Shown here: piece after piece, positions 1 to 12,850 of the stretch
Numbering within the stretch: position 1 is the first letter of the stretch
How the letters are laid out: every line of letters starts with the position of its first letter
Assembly: GCF_009834535.1 (NCBI RefSeq)
Contig: NC_045697.1
Coordinates: 41,728,001-41,792,000, forward strand
Direction of reading: 5' to 3'
Length of the DNA stretch: 64,000 bases
DNA from: Camelus ferus
Taxonomy: Eukaryota
Translations under genes and position numbers: made by a program
Notes under the pieces: model-generated
What the model was told of the DNA's origin: nothing
What the model saw: the letters and a program-made list of their open reading frames with translations, nothing else
Database searches by the model: none

Positions 1-1340
1 CAGACTGAATTCCATCTGCTCAACCTTTCAGACCAGTGTGTTCTGTTTTAGTTACTGAAAACAAGCTATAGAAATGGACAGTTCTTAAGCACATGAAATG
101 CGATGGCACACACACAAAGAAGAGTCCATTGCCCCTTTGGAATTTCCCATGCTTTAAAACCATGCTTATCCTAGTATAAAACCCAATGTAAAACAAGTCT
201 GAAGTGCAATTGAGAGGACTCAAGTTTCACTCCGTGGAATAGGTGGCTTCATTTCCTTGTCACTGGACTTCTGGCACTGTCCTTCCCTGCATCTTGTTTG
301 GAATCTTTCTGTTTACCCAATAGTCCATATTGTTTGCAACTTAGAAGCAGGTGCAAAATGTTACTCATCTTAAAAATTCTCCACGCTTTGCCTAGAAAAG
401 TGTATCATTCATAGTTTGCCTTCCAGTAACAATTTTATATTCACATTGGTGAAAATATTGTCTATGAGCAATTATACACAAAATCAGTTTTTTAATCCAA
501 ATACTATTTCACATGGACTAAGAGAATTAGTAATATTAAGGTACTTGTTTTATAAAAGGAAGATTTTCAAAAAGCAATAGCTTCTTCCTTAATGTTAAAA
601 TATTGCAAACTCAGATTTGGTGCAAATCAAGCTCCAAGAAGATTGCACTGAATTCAACTTCTGAGCTACATTCTTAAGTAGGACATTCATTCGCTCTGAA
701 AACATTGATTGCACATCTATCTGTGCATCCTAGGTAGGAGACAAGCACAGCACATACAGCATAATCCGTATCCTCGAAACTTCAGAGTAAATAGATCTTT
801 CCGTTTAAAAATAAGTGGTTAAAGCAACACATCTTTATCTCATTTGTTTACTTTCTTTTAAAATAATAATGTTTTCAAATTAGTGGTGTGCCTTGAACGA
901 TTCCGTTTTTATCATTCCCTTAAAGCAATGAAACAAGAAACCCGCTGCTTTCAGTGTTGCCATGTTGTCTAATTGTGTGTAAGTGCACTTAGTGAATCAG
1001 CATCGGAAGATCTGGGATATTTTCCATCGCATTACAGAAGATGAAAACATTTTTACTCATTTGAAAAATAGCATGGAGATGAAAAATACCGGTAGGCCTA
1101 CATTAACTCAGTGAGGAAATAAATGTATCTTCCCTCCTGTTCTTTTAATTAAAAGGTTAACTGCTATCTTTTGGTACGTTTTAAACACATATGAGTTTCC
1201 AGGTAAAGGGAAACATGTGATGGAATATTGAGACCTTGTCAGTGACACGATGTCTGTATCCTGGAAAAAGATAAAAAGTTCAGAGGCAAAAACAACAGCA
1301 ACAAAAATAGTGTAGATGCTTTTATCCTACATTACATAAA

Positions 1341-1480
1341 GTTTATTTATTTATTTATTTTTCCAGAGATTGATATGTTTTATTTTTATCTCTTTATTTA
1401 ACTTTTTTTTATTGAGTTATAGTCATTTTACAATGTCATGTCAAATTCCAACGTAGAGCACAATTTTTCAGTTATACATG
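1341..1480 (-). mobile_element. Short young L1 3'-end fragment with A-rich tail (possible short 3' transduction)
   Basis: ttttttattgagttatagtcattttacaatg..tcaaattcca..gtagagcacaatttttcagttatacatg is near-identical to the L1 3' ends at 22798-23167 and ~59205-59277. Confidence 0.8.
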
Positions 1481-1749
1481 TTTCCTCTGGGAGCTATTGG
1501 GCCTGGATGTCGAGCTTGAGGCTCATATTTCTGGCATCAAAATCTCCCAATCAGCAGATGACATCACAACGAGTACTGGGATCTCGCTGCAGTGATGCTC
1601 TCATACGGAGCCAAATCTCGGATATTTGTTGTCTATAGGTAATGACTGGAGTCCTAAGACAACTTCAGGTAGAATTTAGTCATTTATTATTTTCTATCAG
1701 AAACTCCAGCTCAGAAGATCCTTGACTATGTGAGCCAGAAATTTGACAC

Positions 1750-4400
1750 TGAATTCAACATTCACTCGATTCATACTTGCTGATTGTGCACTTCAGTCTT
1801 CTGAGGACTTCTCTGTACACATAGTTGCAATCAATCCAGGCAACCTTCCTGCCTTCATGGGGTCTGCATTCTAAGGGGGAGTAAGGTAGTGGGAAGAACT
1901 GAGAAGACAGGCAGATTAAAAGAATACGGCATGAGAAGGGGTGCCATTTAGACGAGGTGATCAGAGCTGGCCTCTCAGAAGAGATGATACTTGAGCAGAG
2001 ACCTGAGTACAGTGCAGGAATGAGCCATGACAGTACCTGAGGGAAAAGCATGTGCAAAAGCCCTGGAGTGAGAGCTTGCTTGTGTATATAAGGACTGGCA
2101 AAGAGCCTTGTGGATGAAGCAGTGTGGACAAGAGAAGTGGGAAAATAAATGAAAGTGAAGAGTTAGGCGTGGTCACAGCATGGCAAGATCTGGGGATTTT
2201 GTACTAAATATGGGAAGACGATGGACAGATTTGAACATGGAAGTTATATAACCTAATTTTTCTTTTAAAATGGATCCCTCTGGCTGCTGAGAGAGGAGAT
2301 TAAGAAGAAAAATAAGAAAGGAAGGAAAGGGTCCATTGTAGGGTGTAACAGTAGTCCAGAGACATGATGGGGCGTGAACCAGAAATGTCAATGTTGACAA
2401 AGGGTTAGGTTTGGAATCTAAGGATTTGTCATGAAGGCAGAGTTGACAAGATTGATATGCAATATGACAGAAAGAGATCAGGGAATGACTCCGGATTCTT
2501 AAAAAGTCTAAACCACAAAAATCTAAATGATAGTGTAGTTGACTGAGAATGATGGGTTAGGGGCCTATTTGGGAAGAAAGTCATATTTGTTGTTGGAAAT
2601 GTCAATTGATGATGCTTATTCAATATTCAAGTGAGGTAGAGTATCTACAAGGCTGGAGTTAAGGGAAGAAGTTGAGCTGAAACATAAATCTGAGAATAAT
2701 CTGCTTTTAAGGGTTTATTGAAACTAGGAGATGATATGAAACCTGTTAAGAGACTGAATGTAGGATAAAGAAAAAGAAAAGTCCAAAGATGGACACATCT
2801 CTTGTTCCAGCATATAGAAGTCAGAAAACAGTAGAGTATTCTAAGGAATGTCCAGCTAAGTAGAGGGGAAAACCAGGAGAGTGTTCTGTCCTGGAAGCCA
2901 AGTAAAAGGTGTTTCAAAAATGAAGAAGTGGGCAACTGAGACAATGCCACTGAGTGGCTGAGTAAGATGGGGACTGAAGATTGACAATTGAACCTGATTT
3001 TGTGAAGGTCATAGCTGACCCTAGCCACAGCAGTTTCTCTGCAATATTGAGCAAGAAACCATGACTTCAGTGAGTTTGGGAGAACACGAGGAGGTGAGGA
3101 ATTAGAAATGAGTACAGAAAATTCAAGAATTTTTTTCCTAAAAAGTGAAACAGAATGATGGTGAAATTAGACGTAAATATGAGACAAAGAGAGGATTTTA
3201 AAAAGTTGTTATAGCATGGGTCTACTTTGGTGGGATTAATATTTAAGAGCAAATTATGTAATTCAAGAGTGAAAGAGTATTTCTTGGAAAGAGTGATAAT
3301 CTTGAAAAGGCCAGAGAGATGGGCTCTAGGGCGTCAGAGGAGCAGTTGGCCCGAGAGACCAGGCAGTACGTCCCTGGAGCAGGAGCTAAGGACAGATGTA
3401 GGTTGTTTGGTAGAGATGATGATGAAACATAAGAACATATTTTTCTAATTTATTTTCTCAGAACAGGTAATCAGTAAGTTTATATAAGTAAGGTCGTCAG
3501 CTGAGAATGAGGAAGGGAAGAGTTCATGGAGGCTTAAGAAGCGTGAAATTGACCTTAGAAAGCACGAAGATAAGTCACAGGACAGTGATGAGAGCCGTGG
3601 CAGCCGTATTCCTACAAATATCAGGTAAACAAGTCAACATGGTGGTCTTTTGTTCTTCAGCCATGTTTAGTTTCTTAGGTGCAGGTTAGGAGGAAGTAAA
3701 AATTGGACTTAGCCAAAGCTGGGTTGGTTTTTTTCTTTTTCTTTTTCTTTTTTTCTCTGATGAGTGAGGTGGTAGAAAAGATGAAAGGATTTGAGAATGG
3801 AGACAAGAGAATGAATAAGATGAGCAACCACAGAAGCTAAGTTGGTCAAGGAGAAAGCCCCTGCTTTTCTCCTTGTTGTGACTCAGAGATGCTTTGAGAA
3901 TATCTAAGAATTGTGGGCGTGATGGTGCCAAAGAGAGTGACCTAGAAAGAGAAGAGATGATGATGAGAGAGCAGATGCTTGGAATGGATAGTTTGGCGGT
4001 GGTGTAGTCATTGGTAATGACGTGGGGTAAAGTAAATTGTGTGCACAGGTGGCCGATGTCTAGACAGGAGGAGAGCAGGATTTTCAGACGTGAGCAAGTC
4101 GAGGAGCTGTGTGGCCAGGTTAGTGGATGGAGTAGTGGTGGGGGAAAAACAGTTGATAAAACATTCTTTTGTGGCATGTGTGCTTCCAAGGAGGTTCTTA
4201 GGGAGGAGAGAGGATCAAAAGTCTGGAAGTAGCAAAGAGCAGAGCGAGACCTGCCTCTCCTGCAGGCTAACGGTATGCAGGTTGTGGGAAGGGAAAATAG
4301 CCGTCCTTGAGGGGGCTGCAGGGGCCGGTGTCTTCAGAAAGCAGCTGTGCTTCCCAGAAGATTTCAGGGATGATGATGGCAGCCTTTAGATCTAGACAGA
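1750..4400 (-). mobile_element. Long degraded LINE-2 (L2) fragment(s)
   Basis: Purine-rich + strand with typical antisense-L2 motifs (attcaacattcactcgattca 3' end; gagacctgagt...gagcca; tggctgctgagaggaga; tcctggaagccaagt). Boundaries approximate. Confidence 0.7.
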
Positions 4401-6019
4401 GTAATGGAAAGTCTTGGCACGTGGAGAGGGGTCAGAGTTCGAAGCACACGAACAGACCATGGTGAACGACATGGGGATACACGCATGAGGGAAGGCAAGG
4501 GCCCTGGATGTGAACTACTTTGGTGAGAGGCAATGGAGGATGGGGTGTGATGGCCCGAGCCTGGGGGTTACACAGCCATTTCTAATGACTCACGAGGAGG
4601 CAAGGAACATGTGTGTTGAGAGGAGAGGGCTGGGATGGGCACAGCATTTTCACAAGAACAGGAAGTACTTCGAGGGCTTCCCTCAGGGCTGAGACAACAT
4701 TGCTCAAAGCCAACAGTGCCAATTTGACTCCTCATTCAAACAATTCAGTGTTATCCTGTGACCGTACTCTCTTCTTAAGAAAGGTGCCCCTACCTAGGTG
4801 GGCTGGGGGCCGGTCTCACCTGGGTTGGGCCCTCAGGGGACCGTAATGGTAGCAGCTGCACAGAGTCCACACACGAGTGTCATTCAGCCCTATACCCGAG
4901 CTACAAATGGCATATTAAAAAAAAACAAACAAACAATTTTCAACAGTTAAACCTTCTACTCTAAGCTCTACAGTAGTATCAATAAATTTTGTCTGCCTGG
5001 GGAACTATTAGTTTTCCAAGTCACTTTGCAACCAGAGGCCCTTCAGCTGGGCAGTTTTCTAACTTCCAACTCATTCCCCACTTGTGCAATTAAGAAGACT
5101 ATAAAGGGTATAATGAAATAGACCTTTGGGAGCCACAGACCCAGCACACTTTCCCTGTGGTTCATGAATTCAAATGGCGAAATGTGTCCAGCCCTGGCTG
5201 CTTTCTTTGAATAAAACAGTAGGAATCACCTGGGTTCTGAGTGTGTTTTCAGAGCTCGTGGGGTTCGGGTAAGCTGTTACACACAGTGCCACCTCGATGG
5301 CACTGGCTTGATAGGTCGTTTTATACCATAGAAAATGCTCCCTGGAGTCTGCCCCATGGGCACTTTGGCATGTGCTGTTCTGTGCTCCTGGGAGGTCTCT
5401 GCCCCAAACGGTCACCCTGCCTGCTAACTTCCTATTCGTCCTTCAGGGCTTGTCATTGTTGCGGCTCTGCTGTGCCTTGTCCAGCCTCAGCTTTGTCATC
5501 TCTTATGCTCACTGTACGTCACCTCACGTGTTGATTACTGTGAACTTGGCATTCCAGGGCCCCTAGCCTAGAGCTGGCCTGGCACAAGGAGGCCTTTAAT
5601 AACTATTCAGTAACAGTGCTGCTGACATTTGTGTAGACAAGTTCACTGGCCCACATTCTTAGGCACTTTCATTGTGTTTTACCCGACATCTTTAATGCCC
5701 AGTGTCATCTCCAGTGTCCACACAGAGCTGATGCAGGACAGTTACAGGTGGTTCTTTAGACATTACTCCCAGACCACGGATGTAACTGTATTATCTCAGA
5801 ATAGAAAGGGTGCTTTGGGTTGTCTCTTCCTTGCCATCAGTCTCTGGGAGATTATCTGGGAAAAGTAGAGATTAGAGTCGTTGGGGCAAGGATGCAATTA
5901 TTCCCTCTGCTGTTGCACGCGGCAGTCTTTTGCGGCCGGCCAGATTCCTCAGGCCAGAGTCCCGTTACGTTCTCTAGAAGCTGGAGCACCCCTTCAGTAG
6001 GAGGACTTTGAGGGCTGAC

Positions 6020-6260
6020 AGCGACTACTCATTAAGCACTTACTTATATACCACGTACTGTATGAAGCACTTGCTTCACTGATTTCTCCAAGGAAGATCC
6101 AATGAGGAAGAGACACTATTTTATCCCTATTTTATAGAAAAACAAATTTAGTCTTGCAAACGTTATGTAACTTTTCTTAAGTTTGCATCGCTACTAAGTG
6201 GCAGAGCTGGGATTTGCAGTCAAATGCTCTGCCCCTGAGCCAGAACCCCGAGAGCTGCGA
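6020..6260 (-). mobile_element. MIR SINE
   Basis: MIR core in antisense: attaagcacttac...ttatccctattttataga...ctaagtggcagagctgggatttg. Confidence 0.7.
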
Positions 6261-7069
6261 TTTGGATCTGGGTTTCTGAATCCAAAAGTTAGTGCCTACT
6301 CTTTTCTATGATGCTGCTCTAAGCAGGGCCCAGATCAGCAGTGTAAGGAACACCAGGGTTTGTGGCCAGCTTCCCGGTCTTCCAAGGGGAGAGCATCGTA
6401 TCAGTGAGTTGAACTACCCTACCTGGGAATGATCTAATTGTTTTTTAAAGGAGGCCTCAGCTTGTGAATAAGCAAAAATAAATAGGAGCAACATTATTTA
6501 AAATCCACTTGGAGTTTTTAGTCATCTCCTAATAAAGCTACATATAAAATCTACACTTCAGTAGGCTGCATGTCATAGGCATTTCTATTTTAAATGTTCT
6601 CTGAAGGATACTCAGCCATATAATTTGACAAGTGAAAGCAACATTATAGACTCAGCACTTGGAAGCAAATTCTTTCTTCTGAGCTCATAATGTAAGAATC
6701 GTTGCTGTCGCCTAAGGAGTTTTAAAGAAGTGCATATAGGATGTGGCCAGTGAACTCTTGACGCTGCCTGTTTATTTCCAATTTATTCTTAAGTCAATCT
6801 GCAGTTGTTTTTTCCCCCTAGGCTTTCAGCTGAATTAACAGAAGAACTAACGGAAGCCCAGATGGATAAGCTGTTCATGGTAGCCATTGAATGGAGGCCA
6901 TCATCAGTGAGATTTATTATTGAATTAGTAACGGTATCTTGCATAAATCAAAGGCCAGATTTATTGCTAATGCTCCATGCTGGCACCCTGTGGCATAATA
7001 GTGGCGGAGGGGGAGGGATGTAAGGTCAATAAGGCACCATTCCGGTGTCCTAAGAAGCTCCTGTTAGCA

Positions 7070-8340
7070 ACAGCGCTATCAGTAGAGCTAAGTGGCAGGC
7101 ACTGGGATAGATGCATTGCATTTCACCTGTAAGTGTTGCAACTTTCTTACTTTGTAGGAGTTATTATTGCTGCTTGACAGATGAAAAAACTGTCATGAAA
7201 AAACAGATGAGGCTCAGAGAGGTTAAGTGGCTTGTCATTGCCTTGCGTCTTGCCTCAGGCACGCTGAGAGGCATAGCGTTGTCTGGCTCTCAGTTTCCTG
7301 CCATTACCGTTCCACCACACCACTTCCTAAAGTGCTTCCTATTTGGTGACAAAAATAATCAGATATAGGAAAGGCTAAAAGAGATACATACAAGTCGGGA
7401 ACACAAAAGGTAACTAACTGCATCAAGATCCTAGGGTGCGTCAAAGGGGAGCTGACTTCAATTTGGCAAAAAAACCAAAACAAAACAAACAAACAAAAAA
7501 ACACACATGGTTGGAGTGTGTCAGATAGAAGGAAGGCAGTCAAGATGGGGACGAAATCTGGACTGTGGAAAGTTCCAGAGGCATGAAATGGCATAGCAGG
7601 TGTGGAGGGACACGGTAGGAGATGAGAATGAAACTGAAGGCTAGAGTCATACAGACTGTGTGAAGGGCATGATCCTGATGGTAAGTCAAATGTTGTTAGC
7701 AAGCTCCCAGTATGGTCGGAAGGGCGGTCTGCAAATGAGAGTAGAGGAGAGATACTGGAACATTGAGAAATAAAAAAGGTGAGGTTGAGTGGACTAGGTG
7801 AGTGAATTTAAAGGTGAAGAAGATGGAGAAGAGGACAGAGGAGAGAAAAATAAGATTTAACGTTCATGGAGTCCTTCCTGTATGCTAGGTGCCCTGCTCA
7901 GCCTCAACACAAGCTATCTCATTGAAACCACATGACAAATCTATGAGAGCAGTATTTTTATTATTCCCATTCTACAGATGGAAGAAAGTGATGTATGGAA
8001 GATGCAGTAACAGCCGGCAAACTGTAGATCTGAACAGGCAGTTTGACTGCATTGCCTTTGATTTTCACTATCGTGTCACACAGCTTCCTGGTTGAGTCTG
8101 AGGTTTTTCTTAACTAAGATAGGGCCTGGGAAAAGATGAAAAGGGAGAGAGACTTATTGAGGTCATTTTTGCACATTTTGAGTTTCAATTTCCTATAGGA
8201 TATCCAGGTAGGAGTGGTTAAAGAATTGGAAAGAGAGAAGGAAACTAAAGCTAAAGAAGGTATTGCTAGGTAGACAGTGGTTGATACCAAAGGACCACAT
8301 CAGCTCGCTCAGTGAAAGGGTAGAAATAAAAGCAGCAGAG
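7070..8340 (-). mobile_element. Cluster of MIR and L2 fragments downstream of the gene
   Basis: acagatgaggctcagagaggttaagtggcttg (~7200-7235) and cccattctacagatggaagaaa (~7966-7988) MIR cores; purine-rich L2-like sequence in between. Confidence 0.6.
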
Positions 8341-8428
8341 ACAAGAATGAATTCTGCCCTTGAAAATAAATAAATACACACGAACATAGACCCTTCAGAC
8401 AATGCAAATCCCATAAACTCGAGTAGTA

Positions 8429-8484
8429 TTTATTTTTCATGATGCCTTTTGTAAATTTTTGTTCGAGCATGAGAAAGATTTATT
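8429..8484 (-). terminator. Distal polyadenylation signals (two AATAAA)
   Basis: tttatt on + at 8429-8434 and 8479-8484. The 8429 signal is followed on the minus strand by ...gatttgCA (~8404) and then ttgtctg...atgttcgtgtgtatttatttatttt, a GU/U-rich downstream element. Confidence 0.65.
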
Positions 8485-9400
8485 TGCTTTGCTTCTCAAA
8501 ATCATTGCCTTATTGAACTGTGAAGGATTGGTCTCCCCAAAGTCTAGCTCCAGAGAGCCCTGGGCTTCGCTGGAAAGTTATCATTACTGATGTTCACAAA
8601 CTTCTCTAAATTGGACTTCATAAGATTCACATTTTAAAATTATCATGAATAAATATGTTTCCAACAAGGAAGAACAGTATTGTAAAAACTGGAAGTAAAA
8701 TAGCTTGTTTCTTCCAAACTTGTCCCCCTCTCCTTCCAGTTCCCTTCCTCTCCATCTCCTCCCTCTGGCTGCAAACTGCCTCTGCATGCTGTCGTTCAGA
8801 AAGAACCCTAGATGACAAAAGGACAGTCGGCCTGAGTGAAAGAAGAATTCATGGCACACCCGGAGGCAGCCTACCCAAGAGAGACACGGTGATGCTAGCC
8901 CACCGCGGGCTCCAGAGGGCAGGTGTTGGGGTGGGGGAGGGTTGTGTGGAGGACAGATGTTCACGTGGGCGTCGTTTAGCAAGTACTGTCTCTCAACTTC
9001 CCAATGGCAGGAAGAATTTCTCTCATAACCATCCAGGGGAAAGAGCAATTCAAGGCATGACTGCTTAAATGCTTTTTTTTCAAAAAAAAAAAAAGAAAAA
9101 GAAAGAAAAAACCATTTTTTCCTTCTAAGGTGCATCCTGCATAGGAGACAGTGCATCTTGGAACTGGCAAGGCAGACTGCGAAGGAGACTTTTTTACACA
9201 GTCCAAAATGTCCTGTGGCAAATCATCTCATGAAGAAAACTGAGCAATGTCAAGGGCTGAATTTAAAGAGCATCTCAAAGTTTCCTGGTGATTCTCCTGT
9301 ATTTTATAAAAATCATTTACATGTCTCTTTTTGGTCATGGCAATGTCTACTGGCACAAACAGCACAGCCACAAAGTATTCTTTTGATTTTAATAGCTCAT

Positions 9401-9402
<2 letters not shown>

Positions 9403-9477
<75 letters not shown>

Positions 9478-9485
9478 TTATATAT
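9403..9485. repeat. (TA)n microsatellite in the 3' UTR
   Basis: Perfect TA run 9403-9465 (~31 units), then an interrupted extension to 9485. Confidence 0.95.
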
Positions 9486-9937
9486 CTGCTTATCTTCATT
9501 TCCTCAGCAAAAGGGGAAATAAAAAAAATATTGATCTATAAAATAAGCTGATGATAACACAATGCCAAAAATAGCTTATGTTAAGTGCAAGGGGTGAAGC
9601 TTGAAAGCAAGCTAAATTGCAACAACATATTGATTTAACATTTTAAATACAAGACTTGCAATAAAATAATTCTTGAGCTATGCTTCTCATTTTTAGTTTA
9701 CTTTTTAAAAACTACTCTATATACACATATCCAGTTGTAACACTTGACAGTAGCATATGGGGCATGACACAACTTTGGTACACATTGCAGATATGAATGG
9801 GTCATATGGGTAAATGACATGCCTTCCCCCCTTAGAGCACTGTACAGCCAGGTGACCAGCCACCTGAGCCCGCTGAATATTCCCACCAGAACCCCAGAAT
9901 CCTTCCCAGAGCCATCGGAGACAGCGGGACCTCAGGC

Positions 9938-10181
9938 TCACTGGATCCATATTGTGTTTCCTCTCTCGGTTCTCCTGGGTTCCACTGTCAACTCCCCAAA
10001 TGTGGAAAAGAACTGCTCCATTTCCTTCTGAAGCATGTCATTTCTTTTCTCCGCATCTTCCTTTGCTCTCTCGGCATTTCGCATTTTGATTTCTATCATC
10101 GTGAACTTCTTCCTTTCCTGATCCAGTTCATCATGGAGGCTCATCATTTCTGTCTCCAAAGTCAAGTTCCGCTGCTCTAAG
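9938..10181 (-). CDS. ARHGAP24: ARHGAP24 terminal coding exon (244 coding nt incl. TGA), C-terminal coiled coil / filamin A-binding region
   Basis: Acceptor ctgtag|C. Translates (S)LEQRNLTLETEMMSLHDELDQERKKFTMIEIKMRNAERAKEDAEKRNDMLQKEMEQFFSTFGELTVEPRRTERGNTIWIQ*; stop at 9938-9940. Matches the FilGAP C-terminus as I recall it. Confidence 0.97.
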
Positions 10182-11649
10182 CTACAGAAGGTGGGGGAGG
10201 GAAGAAGAGATAAAGCAAATTTACACAAATGCAAAACGAGTAAAGAATGTTTTCTCAACTCTGTCTCTGCAATGCATAGGAAATCGGAATGAGCCCTTTC
10301 AAATCAGTGAAGCAAGATCCACCAAATAAAAGGTGTTTTATATATATATATAACATATATAATATTGTATATTCTAATATATACAATTGTGTGTATATAT
10401 ATACATATATATATATATATATTTACTATTTCCTAAGATGACTTACTATCATTTTGACAAGACCCCAAGACCTCTCTTGGAGGCACTTCATTGTCATTTG
10501 ATGGTGAATGAATGAATTTCAGCTCAGAGAAGCCAGAGACCAATGTCATGCAGCACAGAATGGCAAAGCAGGAGGAAGCCCAAACCGCATAGCTTCCTGG
10601 ATCATTAAATGTAAATCTGACTATTAAAAGAAGGCCAGGGAGTGGGGCAGGGAGTCTGATAAAGTTGGAAGAAAAAGAGGACAGTCATTTTTGCTTTCTA
10701 TCAAATGAAAGAGAATGATGGTGAAAATGTCATTATTAGAGAGTTTAAGTTCACTGCTAAGAATGGACTTCTCTGGGACATACAGAGTCCCATCTTATAA
10801 AAGTGGTACAGAAAATAGCCACCTTACATTAACAAGTAGAGATTACATGTGTTGAATAGGTAATTCCCCTGACATTTTGTGACAATGGAGTCTACCCAAG
10901 TAGCCTGCTCTCTGCAATTTCTATTGCTTTCCAAATTAATCTACCTTAAGAACTCTAGATTTGTATTTCTAGAGATTGATAACTGTATCCTTTTGGATAA
11001 CTGTCCAATTTTAGATAATTTCCTAAAAAACAGCAGAGCTTTCTCCATAAGCACCAAGTTCAAAAACAAAATTTATTATTGTTGTTGTTCAAAGAGGAAT
11101 ATTAAGCACTTGGTTATTATAAGATGTGTTTTGGTAATAGCTGATGTTTAAGTTTCTCTTATTCTGAGCTAAAGTCCCGGAGGTAGGTTTGAATTTGCTG
11201 TACTACTGAAATTTGAAAGGCTAATGCACATGTAGCTCTCAGAAATCTTGATTATTTTACTAATAATTTTCAAATTAAAATCTCAATTACTTTTCTGTTT
11301 TGAAATAAGAGTCTCATATATTGATATTTCATCCAGATAATCAAAAGAGCACTTAAATGAATCTGCTCTCCCTTTGTAAGCAACTGGGTTTGGAAAAAAA
11401 ATCACATTCCGTGATTTTTATCTGTTTTAATCAGTTTAGAAGGCTATTTTGATCACATGATCACATTTTTATACAGAAACCTGGTAGTGTGGAGGCTGTC
11501 ACCCATAATTATTTTATAATATATTCTCTTTGCTTTCTAAAGCGATTTATTTTAGAATAAAAAAGTTGGAAGAAATTCAAGCTTAAATACCAAGGAAGCC
11601 AATCCTTTAAAAAAAAAAATACTGATGCACTTGTGTGTATCAGGCACTT

Positions 11650-12850
11650 GCATGAAAATTCCAGGAACCTAATGGACTGAGTTAAAAAGAGAAGGGACCC
11701 TTCCTACGGCAAACACAGAGCAATGCTGAAAAAATATGTAAGAAAAATATTTTTAAAATACACAGCCAGGATTAAAAGAAATAAAAGAGCACCTTTAGGT
11801 ATCAGAATCAAGGAAGAAATGTAAATACAGAACAGCAAATGGAAGCACATGAGGGTACTGATCCTGGACAGAAGCCCTAGATGCAGCTACTAGGCTTTTC
11901 TTTGTCACATGGAGGGGAGGAGATCTCCAGTATGAGAGAGGCAGAAGGCTGAACGTGACTCAGCCCGGAGCTTGAAACATCAATTGTCTTTATGAAAAAG
12001 AGACTACAAAAGCTCTACTTATGGGCTATGACAGAATTAAATCAGCAGAAGAGAAAATAAATAACTGGGAAAATAAATCTGAAAAAAATTACCCAGAGTG
12101 CCTCACATAATGAAAAAAGATGGAAATTTAATATAAGGAAGAGAAGTTAACAGAGATGGAGAATGGAGTAAGAAGGTCCAACAAACTTTAGTAAGGGTTG
12201 TAGAGGGAGAAAATTGAGAAATTGGGAGAGATTAAATAAATGAAAAAGGTGATAGATAAAAATATTCCAGAACTGAAAAAATATATGTCTTCAAATAATG
12301 AAACAACATTTGACAGTTAATGGAAAGAATATAGCAGAAAGTTACTAATCAAAATAAAAGTGATATAGCAATATTAATATCAGAAAAAATAGACTTTTAG
12401 GCAAAAAAGTATTATTACAATGAAAAGTGACTATTACATAATGATAAAAGGATCAATTCATCAGAGAGATATCAGCAGTTCTGAGCTTTTATTCATCTAG
12501 AGATACAGCCTCAAGTTACTAACTATAAAATACAACAAAGTTATAAAGAGAAATTGATAAATCCACAAAAATTAGGAAATTTTAAGAAACTACAGATCTC
12601 TCTGATAAAAATTAGGAAGTGTAAAAGATTTGAACAGCTTGATTAATGGATTTGATCTATTGGTCATATATATAGTCTCAAACCAATAGTAAATAATAAA
12701 TACTTCTTACCAGACCAAATAAGTGATATCATACAAATGAATTTCTGTGACCACAATATGATAAGGCTAGAAACTAATTTGGGAGTAGAGGGAGAAGAAC
12801 ACCAAACTCACATGTTTAAAAACTAAAAATCATACATACCAAGGATTGAT
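11650..12850 (+). mobile_element. Ancient degraded L1 (L1M-type) fragments
   Basis: A-rich + strand with ORF1/ORF2 remnants (gcagaagagaaaataaataactggga; ataatgataaaaggatcaattcatca; gaaattgataaatccaca). Confidence 0.6.

Larger units (their letters stand above)
8405..9937 (-). other. ARHGAP24: ARHGAP24 3' UTR (end approximate)
   Basis: Follows the stop codon and lacks recognisable interspersed repeats. Ends near minus-strand AATAAA hexamers followed by a GU/U-rich tract. L2/MIR-like sequence resumes below ~8340. Confidence 0.7.

Noticed and set aside
1481..1640. CpG-containing segment beside the L1 fragment; minus-frame GDFDAR resembles an endonuclease GDFNA motif
   Set aside because: The frame has stops on both sides, no other APE motifs are visible and no snoRNA box pairing was found. 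Cannot be supported without a search.
5284..5305. Hairpin cagtgcca-cctcga-tggcactg, CTCF-like at a glance
   Set aside because: An 8-bp stem is expected by chance in 64 kb, and the spacing does not fit the CTCF core on either strand.
9158..9541. ORFs with (YI)n runs, and the 190-aa ORF 8584..9156 in the UTR
   Set aside because: Produced by the TA microsatellite and low-complexity UTR sequence; no protein-like signal.
10978..11021. Imperfect 18-bp triple repeat (gataactgt...), and a 12-bp tandem duplicate at 58679-58702
   Set aside because: Ordinary local slippage duplications; no spacer-repeat array structure.
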